DNA from: Minisyncoccota bacterium
GTDB taxonomy: Bacteria; Patescibacteriota; Minisyncoccia; Phycocordibacterales; CSBR16-193
Direction of reading: 5' to 3'
DNA: 64,000 nucleotides
NCBI GenBank assembly: GCA_040905715.1
Contig: JBBDRA010000003.1
Span: 7,075 to 71,074 of the forward strand
Within the stretch, counting starts at the first letter, position 1; every line of letters starts with the position of its first letter. Shown piece by piece: positions 27,761-37,367 of this stretch. The position numbers were made by a program, and so were the translations under genes. A model generated the notes under the pieces. It was not told the origin of the DNA. It did not search any database and saw only the letters and a list, made by a program, of their open reading frames with translations.

Positions 27761-30700
27761 TTGGTAGTATTAGCCGTATACATGACTACTTGCAAAGACG
27801 AAAATACAAAAAGCGAACTGGCCAAGCGAGAGGAGGAGATACTCAAGCAGTGGCAGGAAAATAGCATATTTGAAAAAACGCTTGAGCAGACCAAGGGCGG
27901 GGAGGAGTTTGTATTTTATGAGGGGCCGCCGACCGCCAACGGCCGACCCGGCATTCATCATCTTGAGGCGCGCGCATTTAAGGACGCTATTCCTCGGTAC
28001 AAAACAATGCGGGGCTATCATGTCCGCCGCAAAGGTGGCTGGGACACGCACGGCCTGCCGGTTGAGCTTGAGGTAGAGAAGCAGCTTGGCCTTACATCGA
28101 AAAATGAAATTGAGGAATACGGTATCGAGAAGTTTAACGAAAAGTGCCGTGAGAGTGTCTGGACGTACGTAAACGAGTGGCGATCTTTTACAGAGCGAAT
28201 CGGGTTCTGGGTTGATTTGGACGATCCGTACGTTACGTATCAGCCGGATTACATGGAGTCAGTGTGGAATGTTCTTGGCCAGGCAAACGAGCGCAAGCTT
28301 CTCTACAAAGACTATAAGGTATTGCCGTGGTGTCCACGGTGCGGTACCGCGCTTTCGAGTCATGAACTAGCGCAAGGATACGAAACGGTCAAGGACCTAT
28401 CGGTGTATGTTGCCTTTAAGATAACCGATAGAGACGAGTACCTTCTGGCCTGGACCACTACTCCGTGGACGCTCCCGGGAAATGTCGCGCTTGCGGTTTC
28501 GAAAGAAGTTGAGTATGTACTCATAGAAGTTGAGGGCAAAAAGGTGTGGTTAACCAAGGATCGGCTTGAGCATGTTGCCCCGGAAGCGGTTGTAGAAAAA
28601 GAGGTGAAAGGGGGCGAACTAGTCGGTCTCGCCTACGAGCCGCTTTACGCGTATCTCAAAGATAATCTTCCCGAGAGCGAGAAAGAGAAACTTGCGAACG
28701 CCTTTCAGGTCTATGATGCAGATTTTGTAACCACTGAGGATGGTACCGGTATTGTGCACACCGCTGTGATGTACGGGCAGGATGACTTTGAGCTTGGTTC
28801 TCGAGCGGGTCTTCCAAAATTTCACTTGGTGAAAGAGAATGGCACGTTTATCCCGGAGACAGACTTTCTTGCCGGGCGTTTTGTTAAAGATGAATCCACC
28901 GATGTTGAGATCATCAAAGACCTTGCTCATCGCGGGCTTTTGGTTAAGAAAGAAAAAGTTGAGCACACCTATCCGCACTGTTGGAGGTGTAAAACACCGC
29001 TTATTTATTACGCACGTGGATCATGGTATATCCGCATGTCAGAGTTGCGTGATGAGTTGGTTAAGGAGAATCAGGAAATTAATTGGGAACCGGAGCATAT
29101 TCGCGACGGTCGTTTTGGCGAGTGGTTGAGTGAAGTAAAGGACTGGGCGATCTCGCGCGAGCGGTATTGGGGCACACCGCTGCCGATCTGGACCGATGAG
29201 AGCGGAGACGAGGTCGAGGTAGTTTCTTCGCGGGAAGATCTCCATAAAAAAGCGCCGGAGAAGGTGGTCAAAGTATTTTTTATGCGACACGGAGAGAGTG
29301 TGAAGAATGTTACGCATACGTTTGACAGCGGGCAAGCCGATTTTCCGCTGACCGAAAAAGGAAAAGAAGAAGCGAAGCGCGCGGGAGAAGAACTAAAAGA
29401 TGCCGGTATTGATCTGGTTGTTACTTCACCGATCCAGCGAACACTCGAGACTGCCGAGATCGTAGCCGGTGAGCTAGGGGCTGAGTTGGTGGTGGAGGAA
29501 GGGCTTTCTGAGATCAAAAGCGGGAGTTGGGACGGCAAGAAACTTGACGATGAATCGATCAAGGAAAGCCGTGCAACCTACTGCGCGCTTGGTCCGGAGG
29601 ATTATTATACTGCTCCGCGCGGAGAGACAGGAGAGAGCTGGAAGGAGATCGAGGCGCGTGCGTTCGGTGCGGTGAGTAAGGTGATAGACGAAAATCCCGG
29701 CAAGACAGTTCTCTTTGTAGCGCACCAGGGTATTGTGGTGTATGCGCTTAAGCCACTTAAAGGGTGGGATATTGTTGAAACCCGCAATGAGCGTGTTTAC
29801 GACAAAGAGTTCCATGCTCATGCTCACCCTGTTCTTGTATACATAGACCGAGAGCGAAAACGTGAACTTGACCTGCACCGACCATACATTGACGCTATTA
29901 CATACGAAAAAGACGGAAAGGAAATGAAACGAGTTCCGGAAGTGATGGATGTATGGTTTGACTCAGGGTCGATGCCGTTTGCCCAAGATCACTATCCGTT
30001 TGAGAATAAAGAGCGTCTTGAGGCAGGAGGCTATCCGGCTGACTTTATATCTGAGGCGATCGATCAAACTCGTGGCTGGTTCTATACACTTCACGCTATC
30101 GGGGCGATAATGGGCTTCGGCAAGGCGTACAAGAATGTAATTTCTCTTGGTCATATTCTTGATGCAGAAGGAAAGAAGATGTCGAAATCGAAAGGGAATA
30201 CAGTAGATCCCTGGGAGCTCATGGATAAATACGGTGCGGATGCCCTTAGATTTTGGATGTACTCGGTCAACCAGCCCGGTGAGCCGAAGAATTTTGTAGA
30301 GCAAACTGTGGATGAGGTAGTTAAGAAAGTGTTCAATCTGGCTTCTAACACAGCTCGGTTCTATGAGATGTACAAAGATTCTGATGACGGAACCGATCCG
30401 GACAAGACCGACGTGCTTGATCAGTGGATCGAAAGTTATACCAACAAGGTGGTTCAGGATGTTACGGATGATCTTGAAAATTACAAGCTTCTTGAAGCCA
30501 GCCGATCCATTCGTGAATTCATTACCGATCTCTCCCAATGGTACCTCCGTCGTTCTCGTGATCGGATAAAGGAAGGTGATCAAGCCGCGCTTTCAACGTT
30601 GCGCCAGACATTGCTGACACTCGCAAAACTTCTAGCTCCGTTTGCGCCGTTCTTTGCCGAGGATCTCTATAGTCGAGTTGGTGGCGGAAAGGAAAGTGTT

Positions 30701-31207
30701 CATATGGAAAGCTGGCCGAAGGGCCCTCAACCCGATGAGCAAGTGCTTACTAATATGGAAAAAGTTAGAGAGATCGTCACACAAGCGCTTGAATTGCGGG
30801 CGAAGGCAGGAGTGAAAGTTCGCCAGCCGTTGGCAGTGTTGACGATCGCTGAAGACATGGATGAAGCATATCGGGCGATCATTGCCGAGGAAGTGAATGT
30901 GAAGGAGGTGGCGGTTGGCAATGAGCTTGCGCTTGATACCGAATTCACCGATGAACTTAAGCAAGAAGGCGCTGTACGTGAGCTTGTTCGTGCAATTCAA
31001 GGGCTTCGCAAGGACTCCGGCATGAATCCGAGCGACAAGGCCACTCTTGCTGTCTCCACGGACGAGGCGGGCGCACAATTGATCGAGCAGTACCGAGACG
31101 AAGTTACCAAAACAACGAACCTTTCAGAGGTAACGTATGGCGATGTTGCTCAAGGAAAAAGTGTGGAGGCGAATAGCTATTCGTTCACTATTGATCTTCA
31201 TATATAA
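27761..31207 (+). CDS. ileS: Isoleucyl-tRNA synthetase (type 2) carrying an embedded histidine-phosphatase (PGAM-like) domain
   Basis: Class I motifs PPTANGRPGIHH and KMSKSKGN; editing domain; DWAISRERYWGTPLPIW, then an ~200-aa insert before DLHRPYID..DVWFDSGSMPF; TTG start at 27761 (an ATG alternative lies at 27782). Confidence 0.85.
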   Translation: MVVLAVYMTTCKDENTKSELAKREEEILKQWQENSIFEKTLEQTKGGEEFVFYEGPPTANGRPGIHHLEARAFKDAIPRYKTMRGYHVRRKGGWDTHGLPVELEVEKQLGLTSKNEIEEYGIEKFNEKCRESVWTYVNEWRSFTERIGFWVDLDDPYVTYQPDYMESVWNVLGQANERKLLYKDYKVLPWCPRCGTALSSHELAQGYETVKDLSVYVAFKITDRDEYLLAWTTTPWTLPGNVALAVSKEVEYVLIEVEGKKVWLTKDRLEHVAPEAVVEKEVKGGELVGLAYEPLYAYLKDNLPESEKEKLANAFQVYDADFVTTEDGTGIVHTAVMYGQDDFELGSRAGLPKFHLVKENGTFIPETDFLAGRFVKDESTDVEIIKDLAHRGLLVKKEKVEHTYPHCWRCKTPLIYYARGSWYIRMSELRDELVKENQEINWEPEHIRDGRFGEWLSEVKDWAISRERYWGTPLPIWTDESGDEVEVVSSREDLHKKAPEKVVKVFFMRHGESVKNVTHTFDSGQADFPLTEKGKEEAKRAGEELKDAGIDLVVTSPIQRTLETAEIVAGELGAELVVEEGLSEIKSGSWDGKKLDDESIKESRATYCALGPEDYYTAPRGETGESWKEIEARAFGAVSKVIDENPGKTVLFVAHQGIVVYALKPLKGWDIVETRNERVYDKEFHAHAHPVLVYIDRERKRELDLHRPYIDAITYEKDGKEMKRVPEVMDVWFDSGSMPFAQDHYPFENKERLEAGGYPADFISEAIDQTRGWFYTLHAIGAIMGFGKAYKNVISLGHILDAEGKKMSKSKGNTVDPWELMDKYGADALRFWMYSVNQPGEPKNFVEQTVDEVVKKVFNLASNTARFYEMYKDSDDGTDPDKTDVLDQWIESYTNKVVQDVTDDLENYKLLEASRSIREFITDLSQWYLRRSRDRIKEGDQAALSTLRQTLLTLAKLLAPFAPFFAEDLYSRVGGGKESVHMESWPKGPQPDEQVLTNMEKVREIVTQALELRAKAGVKVRQPLAVLTIAEDMDEAYRAIIAEEVNVKEVAVGNELALDTEFTDELKQEGAVRELVRAIQGLRKDSGMNPSDKATLAVSTDEAGAQLIEQYRDEVTKTTNLSEVTYGDVAQGKSVEANSYSFTIDLHI
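29270..29865 (+). other. In-frame histidine phosphatase superfamily (phosphoglycerate-mutase-like) domain inserted within IleRS
   Basis: FFMRHGESVKN (RHG catalytic His motif), SPIQRTLETAEIV, second His region VAHQGIVVYAL; flanked by canonical IleRS segments. Confidence 0.75.
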
Positions 31208-31259
31208 TTCTAGTTGGAATACGGCAGATAGCTTTTATCATTAACGCAAGGAGAATCTC

Positions 31260-31520
31260 ATGTCGAGTACTGTGTACGGATTGCGCATGATGGTGGCTTT
31301 GTTCTTCTTTCTTTTGCCGTTCGCGTTCGCCGGTGTCCTTGTTGTGAGTGCGCCTGATGGAGTGATTTTTCAGTGGTTTAAGTTATTTGAAGGGTCAACA
31401 CACCTGGAAGGAACCTTGCTCCTTATTCCCTGGGGTACGGCCGCCGCGATCGCCGGTCATACGCAAGGATGTCGTGACCGAACCATCGCAGCACAGCAGA
31501 AAGATGACCCTGTGTTATGA
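31260..31520 (+). CDS. Small hydrophobic membrane protein (86 aa)
   Basis: AAGGAG RBS; two predicted TM segments. Confidence 0.45.
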   Translation: MSSTVYGLRMMVALFFFLLPFAFAGVLVVSAPDGVIFQWFKLFEGSTHLEGTLLLIPWGTAAAIAGHTQGCRDRTIAAQQKDDPVL

Positions 31521-31619
31521 ATTCTTTCGCTAAAGAACTTCTCAGGTTGTTTCCGCTCGCACCAAATGGTGTCGGGCGGTTTTCTAAATACGAAATACTA
31601 GATACTATATACTGACTAT

Positions 31620-32231
31620 ATGGAATACCGTCTCTACACTACCCCTGCTTTTGTGCTCGCCCGAACGCCCTCGGGTGAAGCAAATAGCCGTGTCTGGTTT
31701 CTCACCAGAGATCTGGGTCTTATTCAAGCAAATGCCCAGGCGGCGCGATCATTGGCAAGCAAACACCGCTACGGCCTGCAGACCCTATCGCTCTCGGTAG
31801 TTTCGGTAGTTCGTGGAAAAAGCGGTTGGCGGGTGACGAGCGTAATGCCGCAGTACTCATATTATTCGCGCTTGAATAGTTCAACAGCTGCTGTGGATGT
31901 GGCGGCGAAAGTGGCGCTCGCTTTGCGCACCTTGTGTGCCGGTGAGGAGCATCAGCCTGAGCTGTTCACTATTTTTACTGAGGTAGTGAATAGTCTTTCA
32001 GAAGATTCTCTTAATTATAAAGAGTGTCGAGCCATTGAGTGTATTGCCTTGTTGCGTATACTCTCGCGTCTTGGTTACGTGGGCGACGATAAACTCCTTA
32101 TTCCGTTTACTTCCTCGTCCGGATTTGATCAACCGTTGATTCAGAAGGTAACAGAACATAAGAGGAACATTATTCGAACGATCAATAAAGCTTTTGAAGC
32201 AAGTCACCTGGTTTCCGCACGCTACGCGTAG
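31620..32231 (+). CDS. recO: DNA repair protein RecO-like (N-terminal OB-fold)
   Basis: AFVLARTPSGEANSRVWFLTRDLGLIQANAQAAR matches the RecO N-terminal pattern; 203 aa. Confidence 0.55.
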   Translation: MEYRLYTTPAFVLARTPSGEANSRVWFLTRDLGLIQANAQAARSLASKHRYGLQTLSLSVVSVVRGKSGWRVTSVMPQYSYYSRLNSSTAAVDVAAKVALALRTLCAGEEHQPELFTIFTEVVNSLSEDSLNYKECRAIECIALLRILSRLGYVGDDKLLIPFTSSSGFDQPLIQKVTEHKRNIIRTINKAFEASHLVSARYA

Positions 32232-32268
32232 CCACTGTTGGGGCGAGGTGGTATAATTTCAATTATCT

Positions 32269-34443
32269 ATGGCTGATCGAGAGGGCGATAACAAACTTGA
32301 AAAGGCGCAGAATCGACTATATTCTCGCGATTACAATGAACCGGATTCAAATCGCCGAAGCGGTTTTGAAGAGGATGATGAGCCGGTTAGACGCAATTGG
32401 GACGACTTGCACGCGCAAGAACAAGAAACAGTAGAGGCTCAAGAGCCGGACCCGCAGGACCGGTCAGAAGAGCAAGTAGACGAGCAGCCTTCAGAACAAA
32501 CCCTTTCAGAAACCACCGAAGAACAAACTGAAGAACAAATCGAAAAACAAACTGAAGATCAACCCCAAGGATACTCTGAAGAACCACAAGAGAGATCGCC
32601 GGAGGCACGTTCGGTACAAGACTCGTCAGCCGATCGAGAGGCGGTGAGCGTGAGCGCTGGAGTAGACGAGAAACCCCGGGGCTCCCGCACGGACAGCTTT
32701 TTTAATACATTATTCTGGCTGTCGCTAGCTTTTTTCGTGCTAGCGATCAGCGGTGCAGTAGCACTCTTTTTAACCGGCTCTTTTTTCACGTCCGGCGACA
32801 ATGTGCTGGTTAGAGTTGAGGGACCAACATCCGTAAGTGGAGCAGAAGATAGTGAGTTCGATATTATTGTGGCAAATAACAACGACACCGGATTGACCAA
32901 CGCAAAGCTTACCGTTACGTACCCTGAGGGCGCCCGATACACAGATGATCTGGGCCGCAAAAAAGCACGCGAAGTGGTGGTACTCGATACGGTTGATCCG
33001 GGCCAACAGATCCGAGCCACGATCGATACGACTATCATAGGAAGAGCTGATACGACCGAGACAATAACACTTTCCCTTGAGTACGGGCTTGAAAATTCAA
33101 GCGCAACGTTTGTAAAGGAGACGGAATACGATGTTGCTATCACAAATGCTCCGATCGATGTTTCTATTAGTTCCCCGACCGAAATAAACAGTAATCAGCC
33201 GGTCACCTTTGATCTAACGATCAGTTCGAACACGAGTAAGCAATTGGAGAACCTGTTACTGGTCACTCAGTATCCGTTCGGGTTCAGTTTGCGAAGCGCT
33301 GACCCTGAGGCGAGCGACGGCGACACGGTCTGGGAGATAGGCACCCTTGAGCCCGGGGAAGAAAAGAACATTCGAATATCCGGTCCTTTGCAGGCGCAGG
33401 AGAAGGAACAGCGAACATTTACGTTCAGTATCGGTATTGCCGATGAGAACCGAAGGGAAACCCTGGCGCACGTGCTCGATGAAACCAAACGAACGCTATC
33501 GATCAACGCACCGTACTTAGACCTCGACGCGACATTTCAGAACATGACACCGGAAGAGTTCGTCGGGGAAGTCGGCGACAATATCAGAGCTGATATATCA
33601 TGGAAAAATAATTTAGACGAACGGATTGCTGATGTTGAATTGATAGCGACACTCGGTGGAAATGCCTTTTCACGCGAATCGGTTCAGGTGGATCGTGAAG
33701 GATTTTATCGATCTTCTAATAATGAAGTTGTCTGGAACATGAGCACGAACCCGGCTCTTTCTTCAATGGATAGCAATGAGCAAGTAAATGTTAATTTCCT
33801 TTTTGCTTCACAGAAAGAGATATCATCAGGGTCAGCAGATGTTGCTAATCCACACATCACCGTTGAGCTCGAAGCGATCGGCAATCAGTTTACAGACGCA
33901 GAACTTCCTGAAACCGTAAGTACAGCACATAGCTTTTTGTTGAAGATGAACACGGTCATGGATATCGAGGCTCACGCGGTCTACAGTGACGGACCGTTCG
34001 TAAACACGGGTCCGGTGCCGCCTGTTGCCGATAAGCCGACAACATTTACCGTTGTTGTGAACGCGCTTAATCGCTATAACGATGTAGAGGATGCGGAGTT
34101 CACTGCCCGCTTACCAACCTATGTTGAATGGACCGGTAATACCACAAACGATGAGGTTATCTCATATAACAGTAATACTCGTGAAATTCGATGGAACATT
34201 GGAGAGTTGAGAAGGCAGAGTGGGCATGCGCTGTCCGCTGAGCAGGTCGCGTTTCAGGTTGAGGTTACACCAAGTATTAGTCACATCGACGAACAGCCGG
34301 AGATCGTGACGGATGGTTTACTGCTTGGTCGTGATACGTATACTGAGCAGGATCTTCGTGTGCAGCCTCGCGATGTGACAACGAACTTGGAGATCGATCC
34401 CCAATACTCAGCCCGTCGTGACGGCACAGTGCGAGCACGCTAA
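32269..34443 (+). CDS. Large membrane-anchored surface protein with an acidic disordered N-terminus and repeated Ig-like (CARDB/DUF11-like) domains
   Basis: Cytoplasmic acidic/Q-rich N-terminus; one TM (LFWLSLAFFVLAISGAVALFL); ~100-aa repeats with T/N/S-rich beta patterns. Confidence 0.55.
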   Translation: MADREGDNKLEKAQNRLYSRDYNEPDSNRRSGFEEDDEPVRRNWDDLHAQEQETVEAQEPDPQDRSEEQVDEQPSEQTLSETTEEQTEEQIEKQTEDQPQGYSEEPQERSPEARSVQDSSADREAVSVSAGVDEKPRGSRTDSFFNTLFWLSLAFFVLAISGAVALFLTGSFFTSGDNVLVRVEGPTSVSGAEDSEFDIIVANNNDTGLTNAKLTVTYPEGARYTDDLGRKKAREVVVLDTVDPGQQIRATIDTTIIGRADTTETITLSLEYGLENSSATFVKETEYDVAITNAPIDVSISSPTEINSNQPVTFDLTISSNTSKQLENLLLVTQYPFGFSLRSADPEASDGDTVWEIGTLEPGEEKNIRISGPLQAQEKEQRTFTFSIGIADENRRETLAHVLDETKRTLSINAPYLDLDATFQNMTPEEFVGEVGDNIRADISWKNNLDERIADVELIATLGGNAFSRESVQVDREGFYRSSNNEVVWNMSTNPALSSMDSNEQVNVNFLFASQKEISSGSADVANPHITVELEAIGNQFTDAELPETVSTAHSFLLKMNTVMDIEAHAVYSDGPFVNTGPVPPVADKPTTFTVVVNALNRYNDVEDAEFTARLPTYVEWTGNTTNDEVISYNSNTREIRWNIGELRRQSGHALSAEQVAFQVEVTPSISHIDEQPEIVTDGLLLGRDTYTEQDLRVQPRDVTTNLEIDPQYSARRDGTVRAR

Positions 34444-34484
34444 CGGTTTGGCGGAAGCGATAAGTATGATATGCATAAGAGTCT

Positions 34485-35870
34485 ATGACCAATACCACCA
34501 CACAACCAACACTTGAAGATATTGTTTCACTGGCGAAGCGCCGAGGATTCATCTACCCTGGTTCAGAGATCTACGGGGGGCTTGCCGGTGCCTATGACTA
34601 CGGCCCGCTCGGTGTAGCGCTGAAGAACAACGTCAAGCAGCTTTGGTGGAAGCGTTTCGTGGACGGGCGGGATGATATGTACGGTGTCGACGCCTCGATC
34701 TTAATGAACAGAAAAACATGGGAAGCGAGCGGACACGCCGCCGGATTCGCCGACCCGCTCGTGGAAGACCTTGAGACAAAACAGCGATATCGAGCTGATC
34801 ATCTTCTTGAAGATGCTGAGATCGATCCGTCAGGGATGGACTTTGCCGCCATGAGTGCCGCGATACGTGACAACAATATTAAAAGCCCTGAGGGCAACGA
34901 GCTGTCTGATGTTCGTGAATTTAATATGATGTTTCAAACATCAGTCGGCGCAACGAGTGGAGAGGAAGGGAAAACGTACCTTCGACCGGAGACCGCGCAG
35001 GGAATTTTTGTGAACTTTAAAAACATTGTTGACTCGCTCTACCCGAACTTCCCGTTCGGTATCGCTCAGGTTGGTAAAGCGTTCCGCAATGAGATCGCTC
35101 CGCGAGATTTTGTGTTCCGAACGCGTGAATTTGAACAGATGGAAATAGAGTACTTTATCCGAGAAGAGGAATGGGAGCAGTGGTTTGAATACTGGCGCGA
35201 GCAAATGTGGGGCTGGGTTGATGATATCGGTCTCACGAAAGAAAAGGTGCACGAGCTAGAGGTCCCCGACACCGAGCTTGCGCATTATTCAAAGCGTACG
35301 ATCGATTTTGAATATGATTATCCGATCGGTAGAAAGGAGCTGTACGGCTTAGCCTACCGAACCGACCACGATCTCAAGCAGCACATGGAGCACTCCGGCG
35401 TCAGTCTTGAGTACACCGACAAGCAGACCTCTGAGCGATTCATCCCGCACGTGATCGAGCCGTCGCTTGGGTTGGATCGAACGGTTCTGGCGCTCTTGTG
35501 CGACGCATATCAGGAAGACGAAGTGAACGGGGAGAAGCGAATGTATCTGGCGTTCAAGCCGGATGTTGCACCGGTACGAATGGCGGTCTTTCCGCTTTTG
35601 AAGAACAAGCCGGAATTGGTAGAGAAGGCAAGAGAGGTCTTTGCCCTGCTTAAAGCAGAGTTTGGCCGGGTCTGGTTCGATGATAATGGCAACATCGGTA
35701 AGCGGTATCGACGGCAGGACGAGATCGGAACCCCGCACACGATAACGATAGACTTCGATACCCTTGAAGGAGGGGAGAACGGCGAGAAGGACACGGTCAC
35801 CGTCCGTGACCGGGACACAGCAGCGCAGGAGCGAGTTTCAATTTCTGAGTTAATTCAGAAATTGAAATAG
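34485..35870 (+). CDS. glyQS: Glycyl-tRNA synthetase (dimeric alpha2 class II form)
   Basis: RRGFIYPGSEIYGGLAGAYDYGPLG N-terminus and class II motifs; 461 aa. Confidence 0.9.
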   Translation: MTNTTTQPTLEDIVSLAKRRGFIYPGSEIYGGLAGAYDYGPLGVALKNNVKQLWWKRFVDGRDDMYGVDASILMNRKTWEASGHAAGFADPLVEDLETKQRYRADHLLEDAEIDPSGMDFAAMSAAIRDNNIKSPEGNELSDVREFNMMFQTSVGATSGEEGKTYLRPETAQGIFVNFKNIVDSLYPNFPFGIAQVGKAFRNEIAPRDFVFRTREFEQMEIEYFIREEEWEQWFEYWREQMWGWVDDIGLTKEKVHELEVPDTELAHYSKRTIDFEYDYPIGRKELYGLAYRTDHDLKQHMEHSGVSLEYTDKQTSERFIPHVIEPSLGLDRTVLALLCDAYQEDEVNGEKRMYLAFKPDVAPVRMAVFPLLKNKPELVEKAREVFALLKAEFGRVWFDDNGNIGKRYRRQDEIGTPHTITIDFDTLEGGENGEKDTVTVRDRDTAAQERVSISELIQKLK

Positions 35871-35896
35871 AAGGTAAGAATATGATTCAACAACCA

Positions 35897-35931
35897 AACC
35901 ACCGTTCGATCACGTCGAACGGTGGTTTTTC
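35897..35931 (+). terminator. Rho-independent terminator
   Basis: accaccgttcgatcacgtcgaacggtggtttttc. Confidence 0.85.
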
Positions 35932-35956
35932 CGTATTACGTAAAGGCCGGTTACAA

Positions 35957-36000
35957 ATATTAGAGTTAACTCTAATATAACTCTAATATAACTCTAATAT
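35957..36000. repeat. Palindrome plus 3x tandem 11-mer (aactctaatat) upstream of the M16 peptidase gene; iteron/operator-like
   Basis: atattagagtt|aactctaatat perfect inverted repeat, then two further direct copies. Confidence 0.6.
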
Positions 36001-36053
36001 TTAAAATTCACGTATTTTCTGCTACACTACGGCCACTCTATAAGCCACCTTTT

Positions 36054-37325
36054 ATGAAAGCTAACAAAAAGATACTCAAGAACGGCATGCGTCTTATAAC
36101 CGTGCCGATGAAAGACAACCCGGCGGTAACCGTAATGGCAATGACCGAAACCGGGTCAAAGAACGAGACGGATGAGACGAGCGGTATTGCTCACTTTCTC
36201 GAGCACATGTGTTTTAAAGGCGGCAAGAAATACACAAGTCCGCGAGAGGTAAGTACGGCGCTTGATAAGCTCGGCGCTGAATCAAACGCAATGACCGGTC
36301 ATGAATACACCGGCTATTACGGCAAGGCGCACCCGAAACACTTCAAAAAGATCCTTGATGTTGTTGCGGATATCTATATACATACTCGCCTGGACGAGGA
36401 CGAGATGGAAAAAGAGCGGGGAGTGATCCTCGAGGAGATAAACATGTACGAGGATTTTCCACCACGTCATGTTGCTGACCTGTTCTATCAATTGATCTAT
36501 AAAGGTCAGCCAGCCGGTCGACCGATCTTGGGTCCACGCGAGAACATTAAACAAATGTCTCGGGAAACATTTCTTGAGTTTCATCAGACACACTACGTCG
36601 CTGAGAAGACGATCCTCTTTGTTGCTGGTGAATTTGACCAAAAAGAAGTAGTTAAGGAAGTGGAGAAAGCATTCGCACAGATCCCCTCATCCAAGGCGCC
36701 GAAAATGCCGAAAACAGTCGAGAAGCAGGTGGCGCCACAGCTATTTATTCAACAGAAGAAGACCGATCAGATGCACTTTATGCTTGGGGTACGGGCATAC
36801 AAAGCAAAAGACAAGCGGGTCCCGGCGTTGAATGTTCTTAAAACAGTGCTCGGTGGCGGTATGTCGAGTCGCTTGTTTCTGAAGCTTCGCGAAGAAATGG
36901 GAGTTTGCTACTACGTAAAAGCACCGCTTGGTTTGCATATCGACCACGGCTATCTCGGTGTTGCTGCCGGAGTAGATAAAAACCGGCTTGAGGAAGTATT
37001 AGGAGAGGTTATGGGAGAAATGAATCGTCTTAAAGATGAATTGATCGACGAGAAGGAGCTTAAAAAAGCCAAGGATTATATTATCGGCAATATGTCGCTC
37101 GGACTTGAGACATCGGACTCTGTCGCTGATTTTTTTGCCGAGCAGGAGATAATGGAGGGCGGGATCTTGAGAACACCTAATCAAGTGATACAAGAGATTC
37201 GTGCGGTGACTGCTAAAGATGTACAAAAAGTTGCTCGAGATATCTTTAAAAACGAAAAATTAAATATGGCGGTCGTGGGGGATGTAAAAGACGAGGCAAA
37301 GGTTAAGAAAGCACTTAAGATCTAG
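36054..37325 (+). CDS. M16 family zinc peptidase (insulinase/pitrilysin-like)
   Basis: HxxEH inverted zinc motif HFLEHMCFKG plus downstream Glu; 423 aa. Confidence 0.85.
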   Translation: MKANKKILKNGMRLITVPMKDNPAVTVMAMTETGSKNETDETSGIAHFLEHMCFKGGKKYTSPREVSTALDKLGAESNAMTGHEYTGYYGKAHPKHFKKILDVVADIYIHTRLDEDEMEKERGVILEEINMYEDFPPRHVADLFYQLIYKGQPAGRPILGPRENIKQMSRETFLEFHQTHYVAEKTILFVAGEFDQKEVVKEVEKAFAQIPSSKAPKMPKTVEKQVAPQLFIQQKKTDQMHFMLGVRAYKAKDKRVPALNVLKTVLGGGMSSRLFLKLREEMGVCYYVKAPLGLHIDHGYLGVAAGVDKNRLEEVLGEVMGEMNRLKDELIDEKELKKAKDYIIGNMSLGLETSDSVADFFAEQEIMEGGILRTPNQVIQEIRAVTAKDVQKVARDIFKNEKLNMAVVGDVKDEAKVKKALKI

Positions 37326-37367
37326 TTGCTTTTCTCCTAGCACGCGTCCGTGCTCAATGGTAGGATA

